From: Octopus sinensis
Taxonomy: Eukaryota
Length of the DNA: 64,000 nucleotides
Reading direction: 5' to 3'
NCBI RefSeq assembly: GCF_006345805.1
Contig: NC_043013.1
Coordinates: forward strand, 31,558,001-31,622,000
The stretch's first letter is position 1, and each line of letters opens with the position of its first letter. Below are positions 25,369-38,195 of the stretch, one piece after another. The translations under genes were made by a program, and so were the position numbers. A model generated the notes under the pieces. The model made no database searches. It saw only the letters and a list, made by a program, of their open reading frames with translations, and was not told the DNA's origin.

Positions 25369-26133
25369 TCCTCTTTAGTAATATCCAAATAACATATTAT
25401 TTAAAACTAAAAGAGAGAGATTTTATCTCTTTGAAAGCAACTCCTCTTCCTAAACAAAATTTCCTCCTCAAGGAGCAGAAATTAAGCAATGTATTTCCTG
25501 TTTGAATAACTCAAAACCTGCAAATGTCTCATATTGTATTTATTATAAACCATCACTCCGGGAAACCAAAATGAAATATCCTTACAAGCGATTATATTGA
25601 AATCCAAACGTCTTCAGTCACACAAGCAAGAGAATGCTGTGTGCGTGTTTGTTTGTATGTGTGTGCTCGCGCAAACACCTACATATATAATACATTTTTA
25701 GTTTACTTCTAGAATTTTTGAGAGTTAAAGAAATACCAACCTGAAGCATGTGAATTAATTTTTTTCCAATATTAAAGTAAGCGAAATACCCCACGAAAAT
25801 CATATTACCTTAATGTACATTGCGTAACTATTGGCACCCGTAAAAATGTTGCATAACCTGTGTATGGTTAATGTATATATATAAATATCATTGCACATCG
25901 AGAAGGTAAATGCATACAAGCATATTCACTGCACACCAACACATGCAGACACACACACATGTATATCTATATATATATATTATATATATACATGCATATA
26001 TATATATACACATACATATATATATATATATATACACATACATATATATATATATATGTGTGTGTGTGTGTATGTGTGTGTGTAACAAATAATATATAGT
26101 ATGTATATATAGTATATATACATGCATATATGA

Positions 26134-26887
26134 GTACAGGACGTCACCCACGGTTCAAACATGAAATACGTAAACAACGAGAAAAATGGAGAACAGGAGA
26201 AAGGATCGATCATGACAGAGAAAGGACCATTCATCAGTTTCCGGCTGTCTATCTACTCCTGATTTCGAACATTCAATGACAATATGAGTCTTCAAGATGG
26301 TCTTCAAGACAGTCCCTCCCATAAATTCTAAGACAAAATTTAGGATTTATGGATGGTCTCACAGTTGGGAACAAAAACATGACAGTGGAGACTTATAAGG
26401 AAAGCCAACGAAAACAAACACAAATAGTATACGCTGTGAGAAACATTTTTTTTTAAATGAGACAGGATAAAAGAGAGAGAAAAATTGTCCGCCCTTTTGA
26501 ACGTCCGTACAGGAAGAGAAAGATGGTCACGTGAGAAAAAGAAAGATAGACCCGCCCTTCTATCTCTTCTCTTTTCAAAAAATGTTTCTCGCAGCGTACA
26601 CTATCATCATCTCCTTCTGGTCTAACGACCCTCCATGTTTGTTTTCTTTCGGTCCCTTGTATGTTTCTACTGCCATGCTTCTGCTCTCAACTTTGACCTT
26701 CCAAAAATCTTAAATTTTATTTTAGAATTTATGGAAGCAACTGTCTTTAAAGACTTATATTGTCGTTGAATGCTCGAAATGAAGAGTAGATAGCCAGCCG
26801 GCAAATGTGCTTTCTTCTTCTGTTCTCCATTTTTTCTCGTTTTTTTACGTATTTCATATTGTTTCAACCGTTGTTGACGTCTTGTAC
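26134..26887. mobile_element. Foldback/MITE-like element made of long imperfect inverted arms
   Basis: Termini gtacaggacgtcacccacggttcaaac vs reverse complement gtacaagacgtcaacaacggttgaaac (23/27). Complementarity continues ~330 bp inward to tacgctg.gagaaacattttt; spacer ~90 bp; TA at both ends. Confidence 0.75.
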
Positions 26888-26926
26888 CCATTTATGCATT
26901 TATGTATATACATATTCACACACATG

Positions 26927-27023
<97 letters not shown>

Positions 27024-28334
27024 CGCAAGCCACACATACTCTTATACTTGCATCGTGATATATAAGTGAATTGAATTTCTAGTGAGCAAACTCAGGAGAA
27101 AAGATATTTCCTTATTCATTGGTAAAGCAGTTATTTGTATCCAGGTTTTATATAAGTAACTTATAATACATATTCCATAACAAGAGGCGATCACAGGATG
27201 AATATGAATAAGGTTGCAATTATCTGACTTCTTTTAGAGAGGTTTGCAAGTTGTTATTCGATGCCTATTTGGGCGCAATTCCTAGTAAACTGAAGTCCCT
27301 CACAGCAGTTCCATAATTTGCTCGTCTCTTTGCATCTGTTGTTGTTGTTGCTGTTGCGTTTCTTTTTTGCTTTGTTTTTCTTTTTGGTTTCATAGTTTAG
27401 TCATGGAAATTCCGAGACAGTTATAACAACTTTCATGGAATCCGTGATTGGTGCGAATGTATCCCTTACATCAGGGATACAGTCTGAACGTTTGGAAATT
27501 TGGAGGACCACGCTAAATTTATAGAAAGACCAGGGTACGAGGTCAACCGGAACGCGGATTGCGTTTGTCACTCAAAATTACAAAATTATCCCCAATAGTA
27601 CTTATACCCGGTTTCCAGCTGACGAAATTTCACTTCCAGCGATTTGGTCATTCCAAGGCCACTAGGAAAACAGAATTATTCTATGTGTCGCGCAACAAGA
27701 TTGAACTCAAAATCACCTACTTGCAAAATGAGCTTAACGACAGTCACCCAGCCATGCCCAAATCTGTCGTTGACTTTAATACTGCTGCTAAAGTTTGTAC
27801 TTTTCTTTACTGATAATTATGATGTTATAGAACTGAATTTGTACCAAAGATAGACATTTATAAAGTGACAAAACTTACCTTAGTTGATGTGTCACTGAAT
27901 ACAGATTATGGCAATCTGATATTCTAAACAAGAATTAATTCGTAAGGTGCCAACACACAGCAGCTGATTCTTGGTCAGTAACTTAGGTCTACGTGGACGT
28001 TAGTATTGCCAAGACCTTGTATCTGGATATATATTACTTCGATGATAGCTGAATATTAACTGTCGAAATTTTATCAGTCATTCATACTTGCTTTTCTATT
28101 TCCTAAGTAAATGATGTGAAATATATTCATAGCGAATGCGTGAATGTATTAGGAATGATGTCGACTTACTTTATGGTAGAGCGAATCATATTACAGCTGG
28201 ATTATATTATATCCCAATATGATAGCAATAAGTACTTAAGGTTACAATCTGACTAATTTTCCTCTATGTATGCATGTATGTATGCATGCTTCTATGTATT
28301 TACGTGGTTATGCGTCTATCAATCTATACACCCA

Positions 28335-28395
<61 letters not shown>

Positions 28396-29804
28396 ATATA
28401 TATTTGTCTATCTATCTATCTATCTACATGTCTACAGTTTATACACACAAACATACACGCTAATGTATGTTCGTCTGTCTTTGTGTGATCGTGTGTATGA
28501 GTTATATATTTTATTCTGTTCACCTGGAAACTTTCTAAAATTTCCATATTCAAATTTAATAAGAAACTGTTATTTAACTGCAGAATGTTTTCTGCGGCGT
28601 ACGTAACAATATACCCGTATTAAGCAGCTATTTTCTCCTAATTAGGCTTTTCTTCTTTCCTCTTGTCAGTTCAGTTGTATTATGTGGTAATTGGCTAACA
28701 TCTGACACTTTGATCAATATGTTTTAATGGTTGTGATATCAAAATTTGAAAGTTCCAAGATATATATTTATTAATCTGATTCAGCAAATCAGGCATATGC
28801 CTTCTTTGATGTATCTTTATGTTCTCTTCTCAGCTAAAATCCATTTAAAATACGTTTATCAACTGTAATATTTTATTGCCTTTCAATTTTGTTCGATTAT
28901 ATTGATTTATTACTCAACATGGTTCCAGATGTATTATACATGAGAATTATAAGCAAAGTTATGGAAGTAAAACTTCTTTTAGCAATCGGTGAATCTGTAT
29001 ATTGTTCAGACTAGTATAGGTCAATTTTGTTGTTGATTAGCCCTCGGTCAAATCTTTAATAACATATCTATCATCAAAAGAATTCAAACATAGGCTACGC
29101 TAACTATTTGACGTTGGATTATACTGTCGCATGTCATTATATAAGAAGTTAAGATGAGATATTTAACTGATAGCTGAAACTATCTATATGATAGAATGTT
29201 GTGGATGAAGTGATATATGTAATAGATTTGTATCGTAGCTATTTGGTCATTTGTCATTTCCGTCTTTGTCTCGCTGTTTATTTTCATACACTCTCTCCCT
29301 CTCTCTCTCTCTTTCTCTCCCTCTCAATCTCACACATACAGACATAAACGCATACTCATACACATACACACTCGCGTGCACACACGTATCAACTGTCACA
29401 CATTCATGTACAGACTTAAACACACACACGCACACAAATACTCGTGCTGTCAAACAGAAACGCACTTATATATATATACAAAGAAGAGAAAGGATAGTTC
29501 TATATATGTTATATTAGTACCACTACATAAGACGACATGGTGGGTGAATCATTAGTACCTTGGGCAAAATAGTTATCGACATCCAAAGTTTTTCATCATT
29601 TAGCTGAAATAAGTATTAGGTAACTGAATTAAGAATTAGGTAAATACAGGGATCGGTGTAATCGCTTAACCCAGCCTTCCTGTAATCGATTACTCCCTTC
29701 CCTCAAAATGTTATACGGTGTGTCTAAAGTAGTGTTGTTGTAATCGTTGTTATTATTATTATTATTAATATTATTATTATTATTATTATCATAATTATTA
29801 TTAC

Positions 29805-30250
29805 TTTTTTTCTTCTTTCAAATTTGCTTCCATTTCTTGCCGAGTGTCTTCCCGTCTCCTAGGGCAAAGAAACTCATAGTATACATTGGTAGGCCATTAA
29901 ACCAAACTCAGTAGTTCGTTCATTTTTTTTTTAAGTTAAATTAAAAATACTTGAGCAGCAACAGTTCTCACATCGACAATGCTCTTCTCAATACGTGTGA
30001 TATACCAGTTAAGACAATCTTTTGCACTTCTTGCAGGGATGGTAAGCCAGGGATCATTCTCATATAATTTTCGGTTCCCTTCTTGATCATTCCTAGTGCT
30101 CCTACGATCACTGGTATTGTAACCGCCTTGAGATGCCACATTTTCTCAATTTCAATGAGTAGGTCTTTATATTTTCTGAGCTTGTCAAACTCTTTCGCTG
30201 AGATATTATGATCACAGGGGATACTCATGTCGATCAATAAGCAAACTTTA
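29805..30250 (-). mobile_element. R4/Dong-clade LINE, 3' fragment (restriction-like endonuclease), (AAT)n tail
   Basis: ORF 29968-30237: IDMSIPCDHNISAKEFDKLRKYKDLLIEIEKMWHLKAVTIPVIVGALG...LQEVQKIVLTG..HVLRRALS. Confidence 0.88.
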
Positions 30251-30256
30251 TTATTA

Positions 30257-30333
<77 letters not shown>

Positions 30334-30336
<3 letters not shown>

Positions 30337-30921
30337 TAGTTTTATTTTTATAGTGTGATTTCACTACACTACCGAGCGCAGCTCTGTGTGCCTTGGGTAT
30401 GTGCTGTGATTTGTTGTGATGCTCTAATGGTTATTGTATGGAAAGTGTTCTGCGTAGGATGTGTGCAGTGCCTAGTAGTGCAATTTTCTGTATGTTATAT
30501 GTGTTTGTAAGTCCTGGTGTTTTTGTTATGTATTTGTCTGAATATTTTTTATCATGCCTAATGCACCTACTATGATAGGAATTGTTTCTGTTTTTAGATT
30601 CCACATTCTAGTTACCTCTATTTCCAGGTCTTTGTATTTTGAGAGTTTCTCCATTTCTTTTAGAGACACGTTGTCATCTGCCGGTATTGATACATCAATT
30701 AGAAAGCATTTTTTTCTTCATGATCTCTGACAACTATATCTGGTCTGTTGGCCTTAATTTCTCTATCTGTGTGTATCGACATATCCCAGAGTATGGTTGC
30801 TTTCTCGTTTTCTGTGACCTTTTCTGGTGTGTGCCTATACTATCCTTTTTCTGTTGTTATTCCATAATGTTTACATAGCTTCCAGTGTATGTAGGTTCCA
30901 ACTCTGTTATACCTGTGAATA
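30334..30921 (-). mobile_element. R4/Dong-clade LINE, 3' fragment, flanked on both sides by (AAT)n
   Basis: YIHRYNRVGTYIHWKLCKHYG..TPEKVTENEKATILWDMSIHTDREIKANRPDIVVRDHEEKKCFLIDVSIPADDNVSLKEMEKLSKYKDLEIEVTRMWNLKTETIPIIVGALG. Confidence 0.92.
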
Positions 30922-31000
<79 letters not shown>

Positions 31001-31002
<2 letters not shown>

Positions 31003-31607
31003 GGCGGCGAGCTGGCAGAAACGTTAGCGTGCCAGGCGAAATGCTTTGCGGTATTTCATTTGTCTTTACGTTCTGAGTTCAAATTCCGCCGAGATCGACT
31101 TTGCCTTTCATCCTTTCCTGGTCGATAAATTAAGTACCAGTTGCGTACTGGGGTCCATATAATCGACTGCCCTCCCCCCTCCCCTAAAATTTCTGGCCTT
31201 GGGCTTTGCGTTGAAAAGAATCAGTAGCATGTCGGGAAAAATGTTGCAGCGGCATTTCGTCCATCTTTACATTCTGAGTTCAAGCTCCGCCGAGGTCGAC
31301 TTTGCATTTCATCCTTTCGGATTCGATAAAGTAAGTACCAGTTAAGTACTGGGATCGATATAATCGACACCGCCCCCACGCAAAAAAAATCAGGCCTTCT
31401 GCCTTCAGAAGAAAGGACTATTAATATTAAAGTGGCGAATTGGCACAGTCTTTAGCACGCTAAGTGGCATTTCGTCCGCCCTTAAGTTGTGAATTCAAAT
31501 TCCATCTTTGTGTTTCACACTTTCAGGGTCGATAAATTAAGTACCAGTGAAATACTGCACTCGATGTGTTCGACTAGTCACTTCCCCCAAAATTTCCGAC
31601 TTGTGCC

Positions 31608-31610
<3 letters not shown>
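31001..31610 (+). mobile_element. Three tandem SINE family A copies
   Basis: aaggcggcgagctggcagaaacgttagc at 31001; core gtcgactttgc.tttcatcctttc..gtcgataaa.taagtaccag repeated at ~31095, ~31295 and (degenerate) ~31500. Confidence 0.88.
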
Positions 31611-31659
<49 letters not shown>

Positions 31660-31877
31660 GTTGTTGTTGTTTTTGTTGTTGTTTTTGTTGTTTTTGTTAT
31701 CATTATTATTAATATTGTTATTATTATTATTATTATTAATATTAATATTGTTGTTGTTATTATTATTGTTGTTGTTATTATTATTATTATATTATTATTA
31801 TTTATTATTATTATTATTATTATTAATATTATCATTATTATTATTATTATATTATATTATTATTATTATTATTATTA

Positions 31878-31910
<33 letters not shown>
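31610..31910 (+). repeat. (ATT)n/(GTT)n compound microsatellite
   Basis: Direct reading; accounts for poly-Ile/Leu/Tyr ORFs. Confidence 0.95.
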
Positions 31911-31911
31911 C

Positions 31912-32225
31912 CGGTTGATTCGGGTCTTAGTTTATCTTCCGACCAGGACTCAGCCAGAGACCTAAGGCTAGTATGTATCAGATGGTGAGAAACCTCCTGA
32001 AAATGTTTCCCAGGGATCTGGTCAAAAGATTTTCACTACCTTTCTTGGTCATTTCTAAGGCACATAACAACAACAGAGATGGTTTTGGCCTTTAATTGCC
32101 ATGACCTAGGTATCTCAATCTCAAGGTTGTTATATTTCAACAACTTTTCAAATTCTTTTCCTGAGATGCTTCTACTGTCATATCAATTGACAGGCATGTT
32201 TCTGTTTTCTCTTTGGTCCTTAATA
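31912..32225 (-). mobile_element. Older R4/Dong-clade LINE 3' fragment
   Basis: Minus strand ISGKEFEKLLKYNNLEIEIPRSWQLKAKTISVVV...DQIPGK, homologous to the two neighbouring fragments; ends in the (AAT)n array. Confidence 0.7.
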
Positions 32226-32489
32226 ACGATGTCGGGGATGGGAAAATGCACTTAAACGTTATGTTTTTTATAACACTTCTTCACTTTCTCATTGTTCCAA
32301 ATTACTTCGTCTGAATTAATTAACTTTACGTTATATAATATATAACGTAAATATATATATTTACACATGTCCTGACATCAAAATCACGAAGGCACAAATA
32401 TGGACAGCCTGTCCCAAACTAACGAATGTCCAGAGAAATCGAAATGTTATGCTACAGCAGTGAAACATGTGCACCGACAGAGAAATTAT

Positions 32490-32815
32490 GAAACTGACAA
32501 AATGGATATTATAAAAGAATGTTACGAATGGACCTAAATGTGAAATGACTGACACATATGACAAACAAATGCCTTTGTGGAGACCTGCTGCATGTTAGCA
32601 AGAAGATCAGGCAAAGACGACTGCAACTATCTGGACATTGTGTGCGCCATTTTGGTTTGGAAGCATCCAAACTAGAGGTAATTAGCCCTCTGGTGATGTA
32701 AGAAGAAAACGTCGTCACACATCGACAACTTGATCGAAGACACTGGTCCGGAATGTATCCAGGACCTCGAGGCAGGGATGATGAACCAAGATTTGTGGCG
32801 GGTGGACTTTGTTGT
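32490..32815 (+). mobile_element. RTE/RTEX-type LINE C-terminal fragment
   Basis: GYYKRMLRMDLNVK*LTHMTNKCLCGDLLHVSKKIRQRRLQLSGHCVRH, then HIDNLIEDTG..IQDLEAGMMNQDLWR. Confidence 0.8.
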
Positions 32816-33556
32816 TGCAGCCCGGATTGGGATCCTGCCATGATGATAAAAATAATTAGTCTTGTGGGGTACAAGTCTTGGTTATTGAAAAGAGAATATA
32901 ATATCAAAGTTTGGTATAAATCCCAGACTGGCGTAATATTTTTGCGTACCCGTGCCAGTTGATTGTCAGGCAAGATCTGTGGATGAGTCTGGAGTAAATT
33001 TACAAATGGAATTAAAAATATGCTTGTGTGCATCAAAAACTACGTTCAATATAAATGTCCAACAACATCATATAAGCTGCATTAGTGAATTTTACAAAAT
33101 ATCGGATGCTGTTCTGAAACGATTTATGTACTAGCTTGAAAAATAACGAAAAGTGTTTGCTATGATATTTATAAATGGATTATATAAGAGTTAATCAAAG
33201 CGTGTGCCGTAACATATTAGTAATTCGATTGAAAAATGAGAGTTTGTTGTTTTGTTTCATGAGAAAATTCAGGAGAGATTAATGTAATTCTGCTTCCTGT
33301 GCGGTTTTAATGATTGTTCTTCGATTCTGATGACTAATTTATCACATTCACATACTTGGGTATTTCCTAATCTAACATGGTGGTAATACATCATACGTGG
33401 TTGGTGGGTTGTTGCGGTTAATATATTATCGATATATGAACATTTTGGTACAGTCTACTATGTTAATGACTAACACATAACTTTGTCCAATATTTTTAGG
33501 AATAATGAATTTTCTGCCAACTCATTTTAAGCAGACAACCGCAGATGTCGCATACA

Positions 33557-33596
<40 letters not shown>

Positions 33597-33656
33597 ACAG
33601 ATACACACCCACACGCACACATACTTATACACACGCACACACACACACACATATAA

Positions 33657-33702
<46 letters not shown>

Positions 33703-33789
33703 GTCAAAAATACAGCAACATTTATATATTTACACATGTCCTGTCATTTTGGATAGCCAGATGGGTAGTGGCTTTTGCTACTAGCAACA

Positions 33790-35790
33790 ACTCCCTAAAT
33801 GCTGCTGTTATTGATGTTGTAGAGGTCACATTGGGAAAGGTGGTACTGGGGTTGGTGATAGAAGGCTGGCTGTAGGTTTGCACCAGTGCTGGTGATGGTA
33901 GATATCAATGCTGGTGGAATTCTCTGGTAGTTGTAGTAGTCAGTGGTGGTGTCGACATCGGCATAGTTGGCAATGACGATAAATGTCGTAATAGTAGTGG
34001 GTGATGGCGTGGCTGGTGTATATCCTTAGAGTAGAAGTTGACAAGTTGATTGTTGGCTGTCGCCAGCAAATAGTCCTCCTTGCGACATGCAACAGCGGTG
34101 TGGAGGGTGTGTTGGTAGCGAATAAAATGCTGATTGGTAACAGGACTAATCACCACCGCAGTGATGAAGATGCTGTTTCGTGGTCGCAGTGATGTAAGCA
34201 CCGTTCCATAATATATTTATAGAAGCCACTGAACCAACTGAATCGACTTTTGATTTCGTGGATCAGAAAGGCTTCCTTGATACGGAGATTTCCAGTATTC
34301 TTTCAAAAGGGCAATATGAAGGCGTGTATCTCTTTGATCGTTTTGCCGGTTTTGGTTATGTGTTTGTGGAAGGAACACGTGTTGATACACAGGAGCTCCT
34401 TCAGTCGGATGTGGAGCGGTTGGATAGTACTAACGATGTAATAGACGCCGCATCTGGAGCAATCTATTTGGTACACTACGTATATTCGTACACATTTATC
34501 CGTGTCAGGTGTAGGACCCTTCACTAGTGGACAGGGTGCTATTTTGTATGTAACATGCTCGTTAACTGGTGTCTACACAGGGACGGTACCAAAAAGGCTA
34601 AGTGATGTCGAGGTTCCCTACTGATGACCTTACAGACGGCAAAGGGAGTCCTTTCATTAAATTGGGGAATACTCAGGAAGCATATCCTAAAGATATTCCT
34701 ATTGTTACGTTTATTCGGTGTGTAATCATGTAGGGTGTTTGCATCGGGCGCTGAGTATCCGTTGCCATCAAGCACATTTGTACCCGGCTGACTCTGTCAC
34801 TGCATCTCTTCTGTATAAAGCCGGTCTCATTTTGTATGTAGCCGTCCTTAACACTGATAGGGAGGGTCGACTTGCAACGGATAGAAATTTCTCGGCTTCT
34901 TGCTTTTCTCTTTTTCAATGATTCATTAGTTCGTAAAGGTGTCAGAATTCTGGATAGGAGTCACGTGGCTTTGTAATATGATCCCTTTATGCCAGGAACT
35001 ATGGGTCTGCTTTGAAAGTTAGGTCTTTTTGTGGGTCTTGATTAGATGGTAAAATCTAGGTATTTTGTTGATCCTCGCTATAAGTTTACACCCATTACTA
35101 ATGTTGGATCCGGTGTTGTTGGTCAGGTCCTCCAGTATGGTCGCAGTAACACCAGTGACTTTTGTGTAGATTTTTTTGTTGTTAAGGTGTTGGAACATTA
35201 AATTATTGTATGTTATCTGTGTGATGACACAAAAGTTTTTGCTTTTTTCCTTTACTTGAATTGTCTTAGTATAGTGATTCGTGATCTAGAAAGTCAGGAT
35301 GGGAAGAAATTAGCAGTCTCTCCAGGATGGTCACAATAAACTCTTTCAGCCCAGAGTGAGTACCGTCCAAAAGTGGGTTGGTGGGTAGCGGGTTGAGTGT
35401 GATGCCAGGGTGGTACACATTGTATTTGTAGCGAGTGGAATGATGAGTTCCCCGAGTGTTGGTGACATATGGAGCGCCAGGGCTAGAGACCCATTTGAGA
35501 TTGTACGCTGTCCAGGTTAAGTTGGGCTAGATGACAAGCTTCAACTTCTCGATAAGCGTTTGAGTCAAGATGAACTTGTACTCGAGACTGAGCAATAATA
35601 GAGATTTTGTGCATTCCGTGACGCGGGGCCTAGTGTTGTTAACCTCCAGGTCGGTGGTGGTGTGGAGCTTTGCTCTTGGTGTTGGTGTTGGTGCCCGTCG
35701 GGGCTGCGATGGTGGTGCTTGTGTTCCCTATATGTAATTAGCTTCGTCCCCTCCTCTCTCTCCAGTATTCCCAAATACTTACGCCACTGT
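33790..35790 (-). mobile_element. Penelope-like retroelement (RT N-terminus + C-terminal GIY-YIG), internally deleted and decayed
   Basis: Minus strand: SKGKSKNFCVITQITYNNLMFQHLNNKKIYTKV; IPRFYHLIKTHK; RPIVPGIKGSYYKAT*LLSRILTPL; FLSIPQFNER; VVYQIDCSRCGVYYIVSTIQPLHIRLKELL...SFHKH (34303-34524); RIKEA. Ends approximate. Confidence 0.88.
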
Positions 35791-36014
35791 CCTTTCTCAT
35801 TTACTATTACTATCTACCCATTTGGAATTTTTATTCTCTAGTTTTCTTCAAAATCTTCCCATTTAATTATCAAACTAGCGCACTTTCCACTCTCAAATTA
35901 TATATTTACATCGACTGGGTAGATTATATGCTATCAGGCAATCTAAGAATACCTCAATAAAATTGGTATTAGCTCACAAGATTATTCTACATCTTTCCCA
36001 TTACATAATTGACT

Positions 36015-36167
36015 GACTGTGTGGTAAGTAGCTTTCTTACAAACCACATGGTTCCGGGTTCAGTCCCACTGCGTGACATCTTGGGCAAGTGTCTTCTACC
36101 ATAGCCTCTTGTCGACCGAAGCCTTGTAAGTGGATTTAGTAGATGGAAACTGAAAGAAGGCCCGTCG

Positions 36168-36227
<60 letters not shown>

Positions 36228-36420
36228 GTGTGTGTGTGTGCGTGTGTCTGTTTTTGTCTCCCCAACATCGCTTGACAACTTAGCGGTTCGGCAAAACAGA
36301 CCGATATAATAAGTACTAGGTTTACAGAAAATAATTCTTGGGGTCGATTTGCTCGACTAAAGGCGCTGCTCCAGCATGGCCACAGTCAAATCACTGAAAC
36401 AAGTAAAAAGAGTAAAAGAG
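36015..36420 (+). mobile_element. SINE family B, near full length
   Basis: gactgtgtggtaagtagc..ggttccgggttcagtcccactgcgt..(TA)n(TG)n..gtcgatttgctcgactaaaggcgctgctccagcatggcc..gaaacaagtaaaaagagtaaaagag. Confidence 0.9.
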
Positions 36421-38195
36421 CATAGTGAATTCAATGCGTCTGAAGTTCAGGAACTGTAGAACATGGTTAAATTTTGTTTATAAATGGACAACCATTCGAA
36501 AGCAGATTTTAACGCTTTTAATTGTCGAATAATGAAATAACTTACCTGCACCGTCTGTTAGCTGTAAGGACATTGCATACTTCAAAGATACCTATATGAA
36601 TATGCACCGTTTACTCTCAGTGGGTCATTTGCTGTTCGCTCTTCTCTCATTTTTGTTTTATTCTTTGTACTTTTAACTTTCATTACGGTCGCTTTTATTT
36701 CACATTCGGTCCCATCATTTGCACTTTTCCGTCGTGTTTCAGTGTAGTTGAATAATGTATACAATGAGCTAATTTGATTGCTCATAAAATGTGCAAACTT
36801 CATACTAAACCAAATTATCTTCGAAATTCCTCCCTTCTAATTCGATATTTATTTCTGCTATATCACAATTCTTGAACAAGAAGACATATAAGAACGGTTG
36901 GTTCGAAATGCCAAAATGTTTTACTGGTTCTCTGATATCTGTATATTTCACTGGTGTACACTATAGGCGTCTCACCTGCTCGTAACACGGCACCATACCA
37001 AGCCAACTAGCTACAAATCTTTGAAGAAATAAAATTGACAGTTAACTTCCTAGCATAGAATTAGCTTTATTTGTAGTCATCATTTTCCGGATTGAGACTT
37101 TCGTGATATTTGCACATTATTATCGAATGATATTTAAATTATTGACTAAGTTTATTTTCTTAGATTTATGGTGCGTAAATTTGTGTGCAAGTGGGACTGT
37201 TTATGTTTCAAAGCGTAATGGGATTTCCGTGCAATAAATGTTCTAGTCATTTAGCAAACTTAACTCGTGAATTAGTTAGCTAGAGATCAGAGACCACTCA
37301 AATAATCTATATATAATCAATAATATATGTCTCAAAGATCAATATATATGTTAAGTCTAAACGAATATCTAGGAATTTGTTCGCATAATTCTATAATCAA
37401 TTTTCTATCTCCATATGATTATAGAGCATTTAAAGGTGAAATTGCGTGTTTTTATGTGTTTCATTTGAATAACATTTATATTTGATATGTATAAAGTTCT
37501 TTTGTTAATAGTATAACCCCTGAAGAGAATATACCTCATAATAGCAGATTTGTTTCATTAGAATACATTGTCCAATATATCACAATGGAGTTTTACAAAA
37601 CAAATGCTACAAATAAAGATTATAACATCAAAATTACACATGAATGTAATGATAAGATATTTCTTTGTATTTAGTATTATATTTTGTCAGACATAATATT
37701 AATTTTCCGTCTATCTAGAATAACCTATTGTTTACATATCAACACCAACGAAATAAATTTCAGTTATATGCAAGACTGATCAAGAAAAAAAAAAGACCAA
37801 TTATTAAAATAACAAACACTAAAACAGATTATAGATTTTTGTTCTTTCATATTTTTCAATGCTTGAATTTTAACATTGTAGCACCTCTTGCAGGAAATAA
37901 AATAATTACAATTAGTAGTGTTGTGTGAAACATGTGATCAAATGTATGTATGTATAGGCAGGTAGGTAGGTAGGCAGGTAGGTAGGTAGGTAGGTGGGTA
38001 GGTACATTCTCTTTCTCTTTTAAGATTAGAGTAAGTTTTAACTGGGTTATGAAATTAGACTAAATTTCAGCAGTGTTATAAAGAAAAGCATCTTTTTTTC
38101 ATCCTAATCCTTGAAATCCTAAGAAGGTATGTATGTATGTATGTATGTATGTATGAATGGATGGATGGATGGATGAATGGATGGATGGGTGGATG

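Noticed and set aside
34150-34200. ctgcgaccacgaaac on the minus strand in the Penelope 3' region
   Set aside because: The core lacks A6 and there is no stem II; cannot be called an HHR
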